A DNA stretch of 43,024 bases from Promethearchaeota archaeon (GTDB lineage: Archaea > Asgardarchaeota > Thorarchaeia > Thorarchaeales > Thorarchaeaceae): contig JBHLPF010000032.1 of the NCBI GenBank assembly GCA_048939765.1, positions 1-43,024 of the forward strand. Direction: 5' to 3'. This document shows positions 1-8,759 of this stretch, in pieces; the first letter of the stretch is position 1; each line of letters starts with the position of its first letter. The notes beneath the pieces are model-generated. The model had not been told where the DNA came from, did no database searches, and was given only the letters and a program-made list of their open reading frames with translations. A program made the position numbers and the translations under genes.

Positions 1-40
1 ATCCTTTAAATTCGCTCCTCGGAGTCGTCGGCTCAGCAAT

Positions 41-148
41 GCGCTCGTTGTCTAGGGGCTATGATGGATCCCTGCCAATGCGCGGGGGTTTATCCCTCGG
101 AACCGTAGAACGGATCCGGCCCGGGTTCGAATCCCGGCGAGCGCACCA
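41..148 (+). tRNA. tRNA-Gly(GCC) with 33-nt intron at 37/38 (78-110)
   Basis: Acceptor stem GCGCTCG/CGAGCGC, anticodon stem GATCC/GGATC with CT-GCC-A, T-arm CCGGG TTCGAAT CCCGG, encoded CCA. BHB central helix CTGC/GTAG. TTTAAA TATA-like box at 5-10. Confidence 0.95.
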
Positions 149-236
149 CTTCTTCTTCAGCCCTATGACTCAATTCTTCTAAAGGCAAGTCTTAGGAAGC
201 CCTTATCAACAACTACTAGGAGTCAAGCACAAAATC

Positions 237-425
237 TTGGTGAAGCTGATGAGCCACAAAAGAGCAATAGTTTGGGCAGTAGCGGGAGTCTTCATAATGT
301 TCTCGTTCTTCGAGCTAATGAATTTGGCACTCAGTAGTGGAGACATCCTTATAGGACTCGTATTGACACTAATAGCAGCGGGAATTGGCTTCTACATACT
401 AGGATACGGCTTTGACATAGAATAG
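237..425 (+). CDS. Small membrane protein (2 hydrophobic helices)
   Basis: 62-aa ORF with two hydrophobic stretches, filling the space between repeats 1 and 2. Confidence 0.65.
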   Translation: MVKLMSHKRAIVWAVAGVFIMFSFFELMNLALSSGDILIGLVLTLIAAGIGFYILGYGFDIE

Positions 426-446
426 ATAGGCTAAATGAATTCATAG

Positions 447-468
447 TCGATTCCCGGCGAGCGCACTA
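447..468 (+). repeat. tRNA-Gly 3'-end copy 2
   Basis: TCGATTCCCGGCGAGCGCACTA, 20/22 match to 127-148. Confidence 0.85.
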
Positions 469-486
469 TTCCCCTAATTGTGGTTT

Positions 487-1569
487 CTATTTTACCAGAC
501 TCTCAAAAAGCCGGGCTGATCTATTATCCTGAGGATCAGTTTCAACTGCCTGCTTCAATGCTTCCCGTGCTTCCTTGATGCGGTTCTGCTTTAGCAGGGC
601 AATTCCAAGGTCACACCAGGCAGCTGTGAGTGACGGGTCAATTCCAATAGCCGATCTTAGTGCACTTTCCGCTTCTTCGTATTTGCTTTGAGCGAGCAAG
701 CATTTACCCAATGTGTGGGGGAAGCCAGCATATTCAGGGGACTCTTCAGCCAGTTTCCTGTACTTAGCTTCAGCCTGGGGCATGCTTCCCAAGCCACTCA
801 AAGAGATAGTGAACAACTGTCTGGCTCTAGGGTTAATTTGACTCAGTTCTGCTCGTTTAGTCGAGAGATCTATTAACCCAATCTCTTCAAGTTTTGCCCC
901 AAGTCTATCGATTGCAAAGTCAGTAAGTGGCTCAATCCTTATTGCATTCTCATATGCTTCAAGAGCCTCATCTAACATGCCTTGCTTGAGCAAGACAACT
1001 CCTAGTTTGACCCACACCACATAGCTCCCGCTGTTGAATTGAAGGGCTTTCTGATAACTATGGATAGCTTCTTCGTATTTCTGGTCGCGTTGTTGAAAAT
1101 CGGCCAACTTCTCCCACTGAAATGAATCATCTGGATGGGTTCTCACGCCTTCTTCATAGGCTTCCTCTGCTGATACTTCAAGACCCAGCTCAGCAGATAG
1201 CTCAGCAATGTGGTTCCATGACGAGGTGTCGTCAGGCTTTCTAGAAACTGCTTCGCGAAAGCATTCTATTGCCTCAATCTTGAGGCCTTCTGACATCAAG
1301 AAGAAACCTAGCTGCCTCAGGGCGTTGGGACTCGCTTCATGAGTCCGAGCAGCCTCTCTTAGCATTGTCTTGGCAGCCTCTCTTTCACCATGATTGTAAA
1401 GGAATATTGCGTAGGAAGTCAAACCCGCCTCGAATTCCGGATAAGTAGATGTCAATTCTATATAGGTGTCCTCAGCTGCTCTGTGATCTCCTTTCTGTTC
1501 AAACTCAATGGATTTGGTCAAGAGTCCAAATGCTCTTTCATGTCGTATCCAATTCCGAATCCTACGCAA
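487..1569 (-). CDS. Tetratricopeptide-repeat protein
   Basis: Multiple TPR consensus repeats (W..LG..L...G...EA...Y..A). Confidence 0.9.
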   Translation of the reverse strand: MRRIRNWIRHERAFGLLTKSIEFEQKGDHRAAEDTYIELTSTYPEFEAGLTSYAIFLYNHGEREAAKTMLREAARTHEASPNALRQLGFFLMSEGLKIEAIECFREAVSRKPDDTSSWNHIAELSAELGLEVSAEEAYEEGVRTHPDDSFQWEKLADFQQRDQKYEEAIHSYQKALQFNSGSYVVWVKLGVVLLKQGMLDEALEAYENAIRIEPLTDFAIDRLGAKLEEIGLIDLSTKRAELSQINPRARQLFTISLSGLGSMPQAEAKYRKLAEESPEYAGFPHTLGKCLLAQSKYEEAESALRSAIGIDPSLTAAWCDLGIALLKQNRIKEAREALKQAVETDPQDNRSARLFESLVK

Positions 1570-1655
1570 CGCCTATTCTTCCAGTGATAGCATTGGATTA
1601 GTAGCATATAGATTATCGTGAGCGGAACTTGATACAGCCGTTACAAGCCTATGAA

Positions 1656-1693
1656 CCGGGTTCAAATCCCGGCGAGCGCACCATTTCTTCTTC
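1656..1693 (+). repeat. tRNA-Gly 3'-end copy 3
   Basis: 36/38 match to 121-158. Confidence 0.95.
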
Positions 1694-1846
1694 GTCATCT
1701 AGAGCAATACTGACAGCTGAAACTACTGCAGGATTATGGTTTCGATTTTAGTAGCGTTATTGGATGGAACGTTCTTGTACGTTCAGGCTGGGTAGATAAA
1801 TTGCCAATCAAAACCTTCATGAAGCAGATTGCAGCGATTTCTTTTG

Positions 1847-2767
1847 ATGCCCCAACTAGATTATATTGACAAGAAGATTCTTGGCATTCTAGTTCATGAT
1901 TGCAGAACTCCCTATCGGGAGATTGCTAAATCTCTAGGAATGTCCGCCACTGCTATCAAGAGTAGAGTCGATGAAATGGTTGCTGCTGGAGTCATAACAG
2001 ACTTCATTGTCGAGTTTTCATCAGCCATGATTGGCTCAGAGGTCATGATGCTGTGGCTTAAAACAGATGGCACAGAGGACAGAGAGCAGTTCATTTCAGA
2101 GATTGGAAAAAACAGAGGCGTCATGCAGATTGTCCCTCTCTATGGAGGGGACTATCTGGTATTTGCTGAGTATACGAGTTCACTCGAGCTGGCGACTCTT
2201 GCTGAAGCCTTCAAGAGCAATCCATATGTCAGTTTCACTGAAATGCATACTCTACTTGAAGTCATGCAGCAAGGTAGGAAGACAATCCTAACGAATCTTC
2301 AGCTAAGGGTTCTCAAAGCACTCCTTAAGGATGCCAGGATGTTGATTAGTGACATCTCGAGAGAAACTGGTCTGACAGTGCGGCTTGTTAGAAGGACACT
2401 GCGAGAACTAAAAGAGAGTGAAGCAATTAGGTTCTCACTCAGATGGTGTCTCAACGTGGGTGAAAGGGTTACCTTTCTTCTGAAATTGAAATGGGACTCA
2501 AAGCAAGCGTCAAGGAAGGAGATCAGAGATATGCTGTTGAAAAACTATGAGGATGAACTCTGGGATATTCTTGTATCTGCAAGTGACCCGATTCTGATTG
2601 GTGTTGCGACTGTTGACAACCTGAATAATATCGACATTATTACAAACGAGATTAGGTCGCACCCTGGTATATTATATTCTGACGCCTTCATTTACAGACG
2701 CCCATATAACTACAAGAGCATCAAGAGACTCAGTCTTGAGGAAGCCGTTCAGGCGGCTGGAGTCTAG
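1847..2767 (+). CDS. Lrp/AsnC-family regulator with two tandem wHTH+ligand-binding modules
   Basis: LDYIDKKILGILVHDCRTPYREIAKSLG and a second HTH LTNLQLRVLKALLKDARMLISDISRETG. Alternative TTG start at 1829. Confidence 0.85.
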   Translation: MPQLDYIDKKILGILVHDCRTPYREIAKSLGMSATAIKSRVDEMVAAGVITDFIVEFSSAMIGSEVMMLWLKTDGTEDREQFISEIGKNRGVMQIVPLYGGDYLVFAEYTSSLELATLAEAFKSNPYVSFTEMHTLLEVMQQGRKTILTNLQLRVLKALLKDARMLISDISRETGLTVRLVRRTLRELKESEAIRFSLRWCLNVGERVTFLLKLKWDSKQASRKEIRDMLLKNYEDELWDILVSASDPILIGVATVDNLNNIDIITNEIRSHPGILYSDAFIYRRPYNYKSIKRLSLEEAVQAAGV

Positions 2768-2906
2768 TTGGACTCAATTCAGCCACTTTGTAAGACATGT
2801 TCTTTACAAAATGACGCTCTTGGAGCCTCTTCTGATGTTTTTTTCAACTTCATTTCTAACACAGCTAGATATCCTGTTCTTGCATATGATAGCCCTGTGA
2901 ATCATC

Positions 2907-3125
2907 ATGACAGAATTGCAGGAAAAAGCGAAGGAAAGTGAAAGCCACACTGCAACTGAGATTCACGGGCAAAGTAAGGCCTTTGGAGACTTCTATGCAG
3001 TGAAGGGGTTTGATTCCCAGGTATCGAATAATTCAGTACCTGAAATCTTTGCTGGACCAATTCTTGGTCATGACCTCACAATAGAAACCAGAAAACGCTG
3101 GTTTAGGAGGTATAAAATTGGATGA
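2907..3125 (+). pseudogene. Possible decayed N-terminal fragment of an ABC ATPase
   Basis: EIHGQSKAFGDFYAVKGFDSQV...EIFAGP resembles the ABC ATPase N-terminus but has no intact Walker A. Confidence 0.45.
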
Positions 3126-4059
3126 AGTGATTATTAGAGATTTAACAAAGAAATTCGACGACTTGACAGCTGTCGATCATATTGAGTTGAATGTCCCTGA
3201 AGGCTCAATCTATGGGCTACTGGGACCAAATGGAGCAGGCAAGTCCACAACAGTTCGGCTTCTCTGTACTCTACTCAGACCCAGTGAAGGTACAGCGTCC
3301 GTTGGGGGCTTTGATATCATCGATTCACCAGTAAGTGTTCGAGAGATAACTGGTGTTATGCCAGAAGAGAGCAATCATACTCTCTATCCTACAATATCCA
3401 CCTATGAGAATTTGGAGTACTTCGGTAGGCTCTATAGAATTCCTGAGGGTGAGATACCAGAAAGGATAGAGGAGCTGCTGAATTTCATGGGTCTCTGGGA
3501 ACGAAAGGATGATCCTGCTGGAGAGTTGAGCACAGGCAACCGTCAACGTCTAGCTCTATGTCGTGCGTTACTCCACCGACCAAGAGTGGTATTGATGGAT
3601 GAGCCAACATCTGCCCTAGACCCAATTGCCGCCAAAAAGGTTCGAGAACTCATCATTAATCTTGCTGCTAAATATAGACAGACCTTTTTCATAAACTCAC
3701 ACAATCTAGCTGAAATCCAGAGAATGTGCGACAGGATTGCCATCATCGATGAGGGCCGAATCTTGCTCAGTGGCAAGACCAAGGAGCTTCAATCTAAATT
3801 GCAGGCTAGCCAGAATTTCACGATTCGCGTCAATGATGACTTGGAAAAGGCTCTGTCTATTGCCAAGTCTATGAAATTCGTTACGTCTGCTGAGGAAGAG
3901 GTGGATTCTATCCGGGTCACTATCGAGGACCCAGTAGGCAATAATTCAACTCTGATGCAATCATTGCTGTCAGAGGGTGTACAAATAATCGAATTTGCGG
4001 AACAAGAGGCGACATTGGAAGACCTATACCTTGATGTCATAAAGGGAGGTGTCACATAA
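3118..4059 (+). CDS. ABC-2 type transporter ATP-binding protein
   Basis: Walker A GPNGAGKS, signature LSTGNRQR, Walker B VVLMDEP. Confidence 0.95.
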   Translation: MDEVIIRDLTKKFDDLTAVDHIELNVPEGSIYGLLGPNGAGKSTTVRLLCTLLRPSEGTASVGGFDIIDSPVSVREITGVMPEESNHTLYPTISTYENLEYFGRLYRIPEGEIPERIEELLNFMGLWERKDDPAGELSTGNRQRLALCRALLHRPRVVLMDEPTSALDPIAAKKVRELIINLAAKYRQTFFINSHNLAEIQRMCDRIAIIDEGRILLSGKTKELQSKLQASQNFTIRVNDDLEKALSIAKSMKFVTSAEEEVDSIRVTIEDPVGNNSTLMQSLLSEGVQIIEFAEQEATLEDLYLDVIKGGVT

Positions 4060-4814
4060 TGGTTCTAAGGAATTCGATGCTCGTTGCCAGAACTGACTTA
4101 CGAATGGCAATGAAAGTGAAGATGGTCAAGTATGGTCTACTTGTGATGGGCGCAATGGCACCTATCATGCTAATTGGACTTGTCCTACTGGTTGCATTTT
4201 CAACGCCTGCAGTTGCAGCGACTATCATAACAATGCTGGATCCAATGATGTCACCTGTGATTGGAATTATGGCCATCGTTCCAGCGTCTATGATCTCTGC
4301 TAATGCCCTTGTAGGTGAAAAAGAACAGAACACTCTTGAGCCGCTCCTATGCACACCCCTGACAGATCGTGAACTCCTGATTGGTAAAGTGTTGAGCTCA
4401 TTCATCCCGACCATTGCTCTACTACTTGGATCGGTCTTTGTCACAGAGATAGCCACGAATATCATACTCACGTCTGTGGGAGCTGAGGTAATACTCTTTC
4501 CAGGAGTTCCTAGTCTGTTTCTACTTCTAGTGGCAGGTCCCATTCTAATTGCGGCAGTGGTATCAGTGATGGTTCTCATCAGTGGGAAGGTCAAGCGTGT
4601 CTATGAGGCCTATCAGTCCTCTGGAGTAGTCGTTATGGTCTTTCTGATTCCCCTGATTCTACCCATGTTGTCAATGAATCCTGGAGGAAGTGTGGACATC
4701 AACCTTGTATGGTTGTCTAACATTGTCACATTACTATTCGCATCCGTATTGGCAATTGTCACATGGACCCTAGCAGTCAAGAGATTCAACCGTGATAAAA
4801 TAGTATCAATGTAG
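4059..4814 (+). CDS. ABC-2 type permease
   Basis: About 6 TM segments, GEKEQNTLEPLLCTPLT motif, translationally coupled to the ATPase. Confidence 0.9.
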   Translation: MVLRNSMLVARTDLRMAMKVKMVKYGLLVMGAMAPIMLIGLVLLVAFSTPAVAATIITMLDPMMSPVIGIMAIVPASMISANALVGEKEQNTLEPLLCTPLTDRELLIGKVLSSFIPTIALLLGSVFVTEIATNIILTSVGAEVILFPGVPSLFLLLVAGPILIAAVVSVMVLISGKVKRVYEAYQSSGVVVMVFLIPLILPMLSMNPGGSVDINLVWLSNIVTLLFASVLAIVTWTLAVKRFNRDKIVSM

Positions 4815-4880
4815 TCGATGAGGACATCAAGCTCTCTTTGTGTTTGATAGAGCTGAGCTGTAGTCTGGAGAGATCACAAG

Positions 4881-5267
4881 ATGAATTCAACTGAGATGAT
4901 GGAGAGGTTTCGGCAATTCGCTTCAGCCGACCTCTTCACCATCACTCCCAATCGGATGCATCAGGTTTCAGAGATTCTTCTCAAAACCGGTGCAATACGC
5001 ATCATCCTGACAAGATATGAGTACAGGACAGAGAGCCTTGATGTTGATATTGAGGTCTCTCTGCCCTTCCTGCCAGCAACTTCCGATGTAACATCGATAG
5101 AGGAATATATTGATAGTATGATTGCTACTCTTGAGTATCTGAAACGTCTCGCTTTCATCGGGTTCGACTTGGAAACGCTTCAAGAAGAAGGCATCCTCAT
5201 AGCCTCCACTGCTTTTAGTGTGGATACGGAAGAGTCTGTTTTCAAAGCCCTTGAGCCTCCACATTAG
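4881..5267 (+). CDS. Hypothetical protein
   Basis: 128-aa ORF with GGAG upstream and protein-like composition. Confidence 0.65.
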   Translation: MNSTEMMERFRQFASADLFTITPNRMHQVSEILLKTGAIRIILTRYEYRTESLDVDIEVSLPFLPATSDVTSIEEYIDSMIATLEYLKRLAFIGFDLETLQEEGILIASTAFSVDTEESVFKALEPPH

Positions 5268-5425
5268 ATAACCGCAGCCGGTCAAATTCTGGATTTCAAG
5301 ATTTGATGAAGCAAGTCAATCTGTAAAGGACTTCAAGGGCTCTGATCCCCAAGGAAATGACGAGATTCTTGAGGCATATTGTCAACGACGGCGGAAATAG
5401 CAGGGTAGAATCTGGAGCTTTCATT

Positions 5426-5464
5426 CCGGGTTCGAATCCCGGCGAGCGCACCACTTCTTCTTCA
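5426..5464 (+). repeat. tRNA-Gly 3'-end copy 4 (perfect)
   Basis: 39/39 identical to 121-159. Confidence 0.97.
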
Positions 5465-5505
5465 CCGTCCTATGCAGGACAACACGTAAATCCTGAGAGA
5501 GTGAG

Positions 5506-5955
5506 ATGCTTGGCATGAATAGGCATCTTCTCCATATGGCTGCTCGTGTGTGGCTGATTGAAACGCTATTCTCCATATTCAATTTCTTTGTTCTCATGAA
5601 TCTCGTCTATGAACCAACCTGGGGTGGATTGGTAGCACACCAGCTAGGGATGTCAACCAGAATTGTGGTTATCGTTATTCTCGCTTATCTGCTACTTCGA
5701 TATGTCAAGGAATACGAAACGATAGACCTTGTTCATGTAGGGTTGCTCTGGCTAGGACTGGAGCTATTGTTCGAATGGGGTGGCAGTCTATTGGTTGGGC
5801 GATCTGTAGATGAAATCCTCATTGGATGGAACATCTTTGCGGGCTACATTTGGCCCTATGTACTACTTACGTACCTACTATCCAACCTGGTCATAGGTGT
5901 AGTTTTCCATCCGGGGAAAAGAGCAACTGGTCATAGCTCCAAGATTAGAGATTGA
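5506..5955 (+). CDS. Membrane protein (about 4 TM)
   Basis: Hydrophobic 149-aa ORF filling the space between repeats 4 and 5. Confidence 0.8.
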   Translation: MLGMNRHLLHMAARVWLIETLFSIFNFFVLMNLVYEPTWGGLVAHQLGMSTRIVVIVILAYLLLRYVKEYETIDLVHVGLLWLGLELLFEWGGSLLVGRSVDEILIGWNIFAGYIWPYVLLTYLLSNLVIGVVFHPGKRATGHSSKIRD

Positions 5956-5985
5956 CGGTGACTGAAAGCGAACTCCTTGTAGCTC

Positions 5986-6011
5986 TCGAATCCCGGCAAG
6001 GTCACCGCTTC
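5986..6011 (+). repeat. tRNA-Gly 3'-end copy 5 (degenerate)
   Basis: TCGAATCCCGGCAAGGTCACCGCTTC, 22/26 match to 127-152. Confidence 0.75.
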
Positions 6012-6118
6012 CTGCTCTACCTGATTCGTTAACCATACAATAGGGGCAAATTGTGATTGCTAGAGCGGTCCTATGCAAGATTGAAAAGGAAGTTGGCATC
6101 TAGTGCTCTTTTGGCGAG

Positions 6119-7246
6119 TTGAGTCGGATGCAAAAGGGTACTACTGGACCCGGTTCTAAGACACACCCTGTAGTAGCTGTGCTTTCTAGGGTGCCAATGA
6201 AATTCACCTATACGATAGTCCTCGTTGGTATACTGACCTATGCTGGGTTCTTTCTTCTTACTCTATTGACCGGCCAGATAACACAGGTCTTCTTCTCATT
6301 CATGCATCTGGTGCAATTAGATTTCTCCTTATTGATATCTGTCGGACTCTTCTTCCTTTTCAGTTACTACAAGACATTGGAGAGAAGGCTCAGAGAGATT
6401 CGATATGTCTTCCTAATCGATGATGATGATTTCGAGAGATATCTCGATGATTTGACCAGCAAGATGAGTAGCGCACGGGGCTACCTGCTGGGTCTTCCGT
6501 TTATCGCTCTATCAATAGCTTCAATCTTTCTCTTTGTAATGCCGACAATGCCTAATGCTCTATTCCCAGTTAATCCGCTGTCACCTGTTTGGCTCTACCT
6601 GTCCATAATCGAGTTCAGCCTCATTATGCTTCCATTGTTCGGAGTAGCTATCTGGCTAGGCGTGGTAGTAATGTCAGTTTCAAAAGACATCGGACGAAAG
6701 CTGGAGATTACGGTGGAGCCAATTTCACCTGATCGTGCAGGAGGACTAGTTTCATTCTCCGAAGTGCTCTTGAGAGGCGTATTCATGTTTTCACTATTGC
6801 TAGTACTGTTGATTCCCCTGCTCGCCTACCTTGTGCACAATCTAAGCTCAAGTAGCCCCTTATTGGCTCTAATTCCCACAGCAGGCTTAGTGTTGGCAAT
6901 TATGACAATTTCCGTATTCTTTTTGGTCCCTCAATATCACATTCACAGCATCTTGGAGGAACAGAAAAAGAAGCACCTGTCCCAAGTCAGTAGAGAAGTG
7001 AATGATGCTCTTTCCAACATACGGGGCATGCTCTCTGCTCCCTCTACAAAGTCTGACATTCCATCTCAGCAGCTCACACTTGTAAGCCTTCAACTCACGA
7101 TGCTCTTTGAACAAGTTGAAAAAATGAAGACCTGGCCCTCCACTCTCTGGATAGCAGCTAAGGCAATCAGCTCTTTGTTGCTTATTCTGCTAACATTCTT
7201 TGTGAATCAGCTGCTCCTGTACTACATAGAATCGATTCTTAGCTAA
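6119..7246 (+). CDS. Polytopic membrane protein of unknown function
   Basis: About 7 hydrophobic helices, with PISPDRAGGL and KTWP motifs. Confidence 0.8.
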   Translation: MSRMQKGTTGPGSKTHPVVAVLSRVPMKFTYTIVLVGILTYAGFFLLTLLTGQITQVFFSFMHLVQLDFSLLISVGLFFLFSYYKTLERRLREIRYVFLIDDDDFERYLDDLTSKMSSARGYLLGLPFIALSIASIFLFVMPTMPNALFPVNPLSPVWLYLSIIEFSLIMLPLFGVAIWLGVVVMSVSKDIGRKLEITVEPISPDRAGGLVSFSEVLLRGVFMFSLLLVLLIPLLAYLVHNLSSSSPLLALIPTAGLVLAIMTISVFFLVPQYHIHSILEEQKKKHLSQVSREVNDALSNIRGMLSAPSTKSDIPSQQLTLVSLQLTMLFEQVEKMKTWPSTLWIAAKAISSLLLILLTFFVNQLLLYYIESILS

Positions 7247-7352
7247 CGAACATCAGAATTTGATTCTAAATACTCTTGGACATTCCTAACCTTTGACTTT
7301 TCAGAGTCCGCTTGTTAATCTCTAAATTTATGGTTAATAAGACCCCAGCGGT

Positions 7353-7380
7353 CCGGGTTCGAATCCTGGCGAATGCACTA
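7353..7380 (+). repeat. tRNA-Gly 3'-end copy 6 (degenerate)
   Basis: CCGGGTTCGAATCCTGGCGAATGCACTA, 24/28 match to 121-148. Confidence 0.85.
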
Positions 7381-7469
7381 TTCCCTCGCAGATTATTTGA
7401 CTAATATGATGACGCAAGCTAAACTATATCTCGGATGAATTGCAATGGGACAAGTAGGGATGACCAACA

Positions 7470-7712
7470 ATGATGAACAAGTTCCAAGATCTGATGAATG
7501 CCAAAGCTCTAGTACAACTGGTAGTGGATGCGATAACTGATAGAGCACATCATAAAGTTGTCAAGGGCACAATAAGACTTGTCACAAGGAACTACATAGA
7601 AATTGGCAGAGTGGCTACGCAGGATGAGAAGGCCCAGTTTGGTAGAGATGAAGTCAGAGTGATAATTCCAATGGAGAAGATTGCCGAGGTAATTTACTCG
7701 CCAAGTGAGTGA
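7470..7712 (+). CDS. Small hypothetical protein, possibly Sm/SH3-like beta fold
   Basis: 80-aa ORF with beta-strand patterning. Confidence 0.6.
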   Translation: MMNKFQDLMNAKALVQLVVDAITDRAHHKVVKGTIRLVTRNYIEIGRVATQDEKAQFGRDEVRVIIPMEKIAEVIYSPSE

Positions 7713-7730
7713 GTGTATGCGAGATTGTGG

Positions 7731-8735
7731 TCAATCCGGACCCCCGTGAATCCTGACGGCGTTCTCCCAATAGAGTTTGCTAAGAACTGATACAGGCAAA
7801 TCAAGGCCATTGATGAAAGTCCCACCAGTGTTTTTTGTGTCTGCATCATCGAATGGGAGGGGTCTTTCTCTGACACTGGTTTCCCATAGCAGCCGCTGGG
7901 CAAGATATCTACCTGCAAAATAGTCCTGACCTCCTCTGTTGGTTGACAGATCCGTGCCAAACATGATTCTGTCAGAATACTTCAGCAAGAAGTCGCGAGC
8001 TATATCGACATCCTTGCTCAGCTCTCTTGCCATCCATCGTGAGGATGCAGTATCAAGGAATACATTTGGAAATCTGTCCAGCCATTTGGTAAGGTTTGGG
8101 AGGCGATGTATCTCTGGCTGTGAGCCAAAGTGGGGGAGCTGGAAGACAAGGCGTGAATGACGTTCTATAACATTCTCAAGTTGTGCAAGACTGTCCGCCT
8201 TGGTGCCGTACTTCTTCTTATCTTGATAGTGCAAGTCGTAGTATGTATCGGGATCGGCAACGTGAAGCAGAAGAGGGACATCATGATCCTCAAGGGCCTG
8301 AAAGATTGGATCTAGACGGAGATCATCAATTCTGAAGTCATTGGGCACTTCCTGGTAGTAGTCCTTCCAACGAGGACCGAACCACATCTTTGCAAGTCCG
8401 TAGCCCTCCGACTTGATTCTCTCAATGACCGCTATGACTTTATCAACCTCAAAATTCGCAACGTCACTAAGAGATAGATACTTTGCAAAAACGAACCTGT
8501 TCGGAAACCGCTTCTTTATTGGTTTTAGGTCACTCTCTCCATGAACAATAGCAACCTGAGATGCGACGTTAAACTCTTCTTCGATCTTCACCATCTGAAT
8601 TAGATCATCTGAGTGACCGATATGCGTATGTGCATCGAAGATTGGTCCTTTGTATTTCCACTCTTCTGTCAAATTTGACCAATTCTGCGATATTATAGGT
8701 GTTGAAAAGCGATTCCATTCAGGACCTTCTCTCAA
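7731..8735 (-). CDS. Amidohydrolase family protein
   Basis: IFDAHTH metal motif, LLLHV, PHFG, RIMFGTD, YWENAVRI. Confidence 0.9.
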   Translation of the reverse strand: MREGPEWNRFSTPIISQNWSNLTEEWKYKGPIFDAHTHIGHSDDLIQMVKIEEEFNVASQVAIVHGESDLKPIKKRFPNRFVFAKYLSLSDVANFEVDKVIAVIERIKSEGYGLAKMWFGPRWKDYYQEVPNDFRIDDLRLDPIFQALEDHDVPLLLHVADPDTYYDLHYQDKKKYGTKADSLAQLENVIERHSRLVFQLPHFGSQPEIHRLPNLTKWLDRFPNVFLDTASSRWMARELSKDVDIARDFLLKYSDRIMFGTDLSTNRGGQDYFAGRYLAQRLLWETSVRERPLPFDDADTKNTGGTFINGLDLPVSVLSKLYWENAVRIHGGPD

Positions 8736-8759
8736 TTGAGCTAGTCAAAGAGCTTCTCT

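Larger units (their letters stand above)
121..7380 (+). mobile_element. Putative tandem gene-cassette array (island) at tRNA-Gly(GCC), delimited by direct repeats of the tRNA 3' end
   Basis: Six same-orientation copies of the tRNA 3' end (121, 447, 1656, 5426, 5986, 7353), all intergenic. Accessory-type genes lie between them. No integrase seen. Confidence 0.7.

Noticed and set aside
5268-5400. Short open frame (…VKFWISRFDE…RRRK*) before repeat 4
   Set aside because: No start codon or recognisable homology. At most a gene remnant.
121-7380. CRISPR array or split-tRNA halves as the explanation for the repeats
   Set aside because: The spacers are 0.3-3.7 kb and coding. The fragments lack the 3' anticodon strand and BHB/complementary leaders, several are mutated, and an intact tRNA gene is present.
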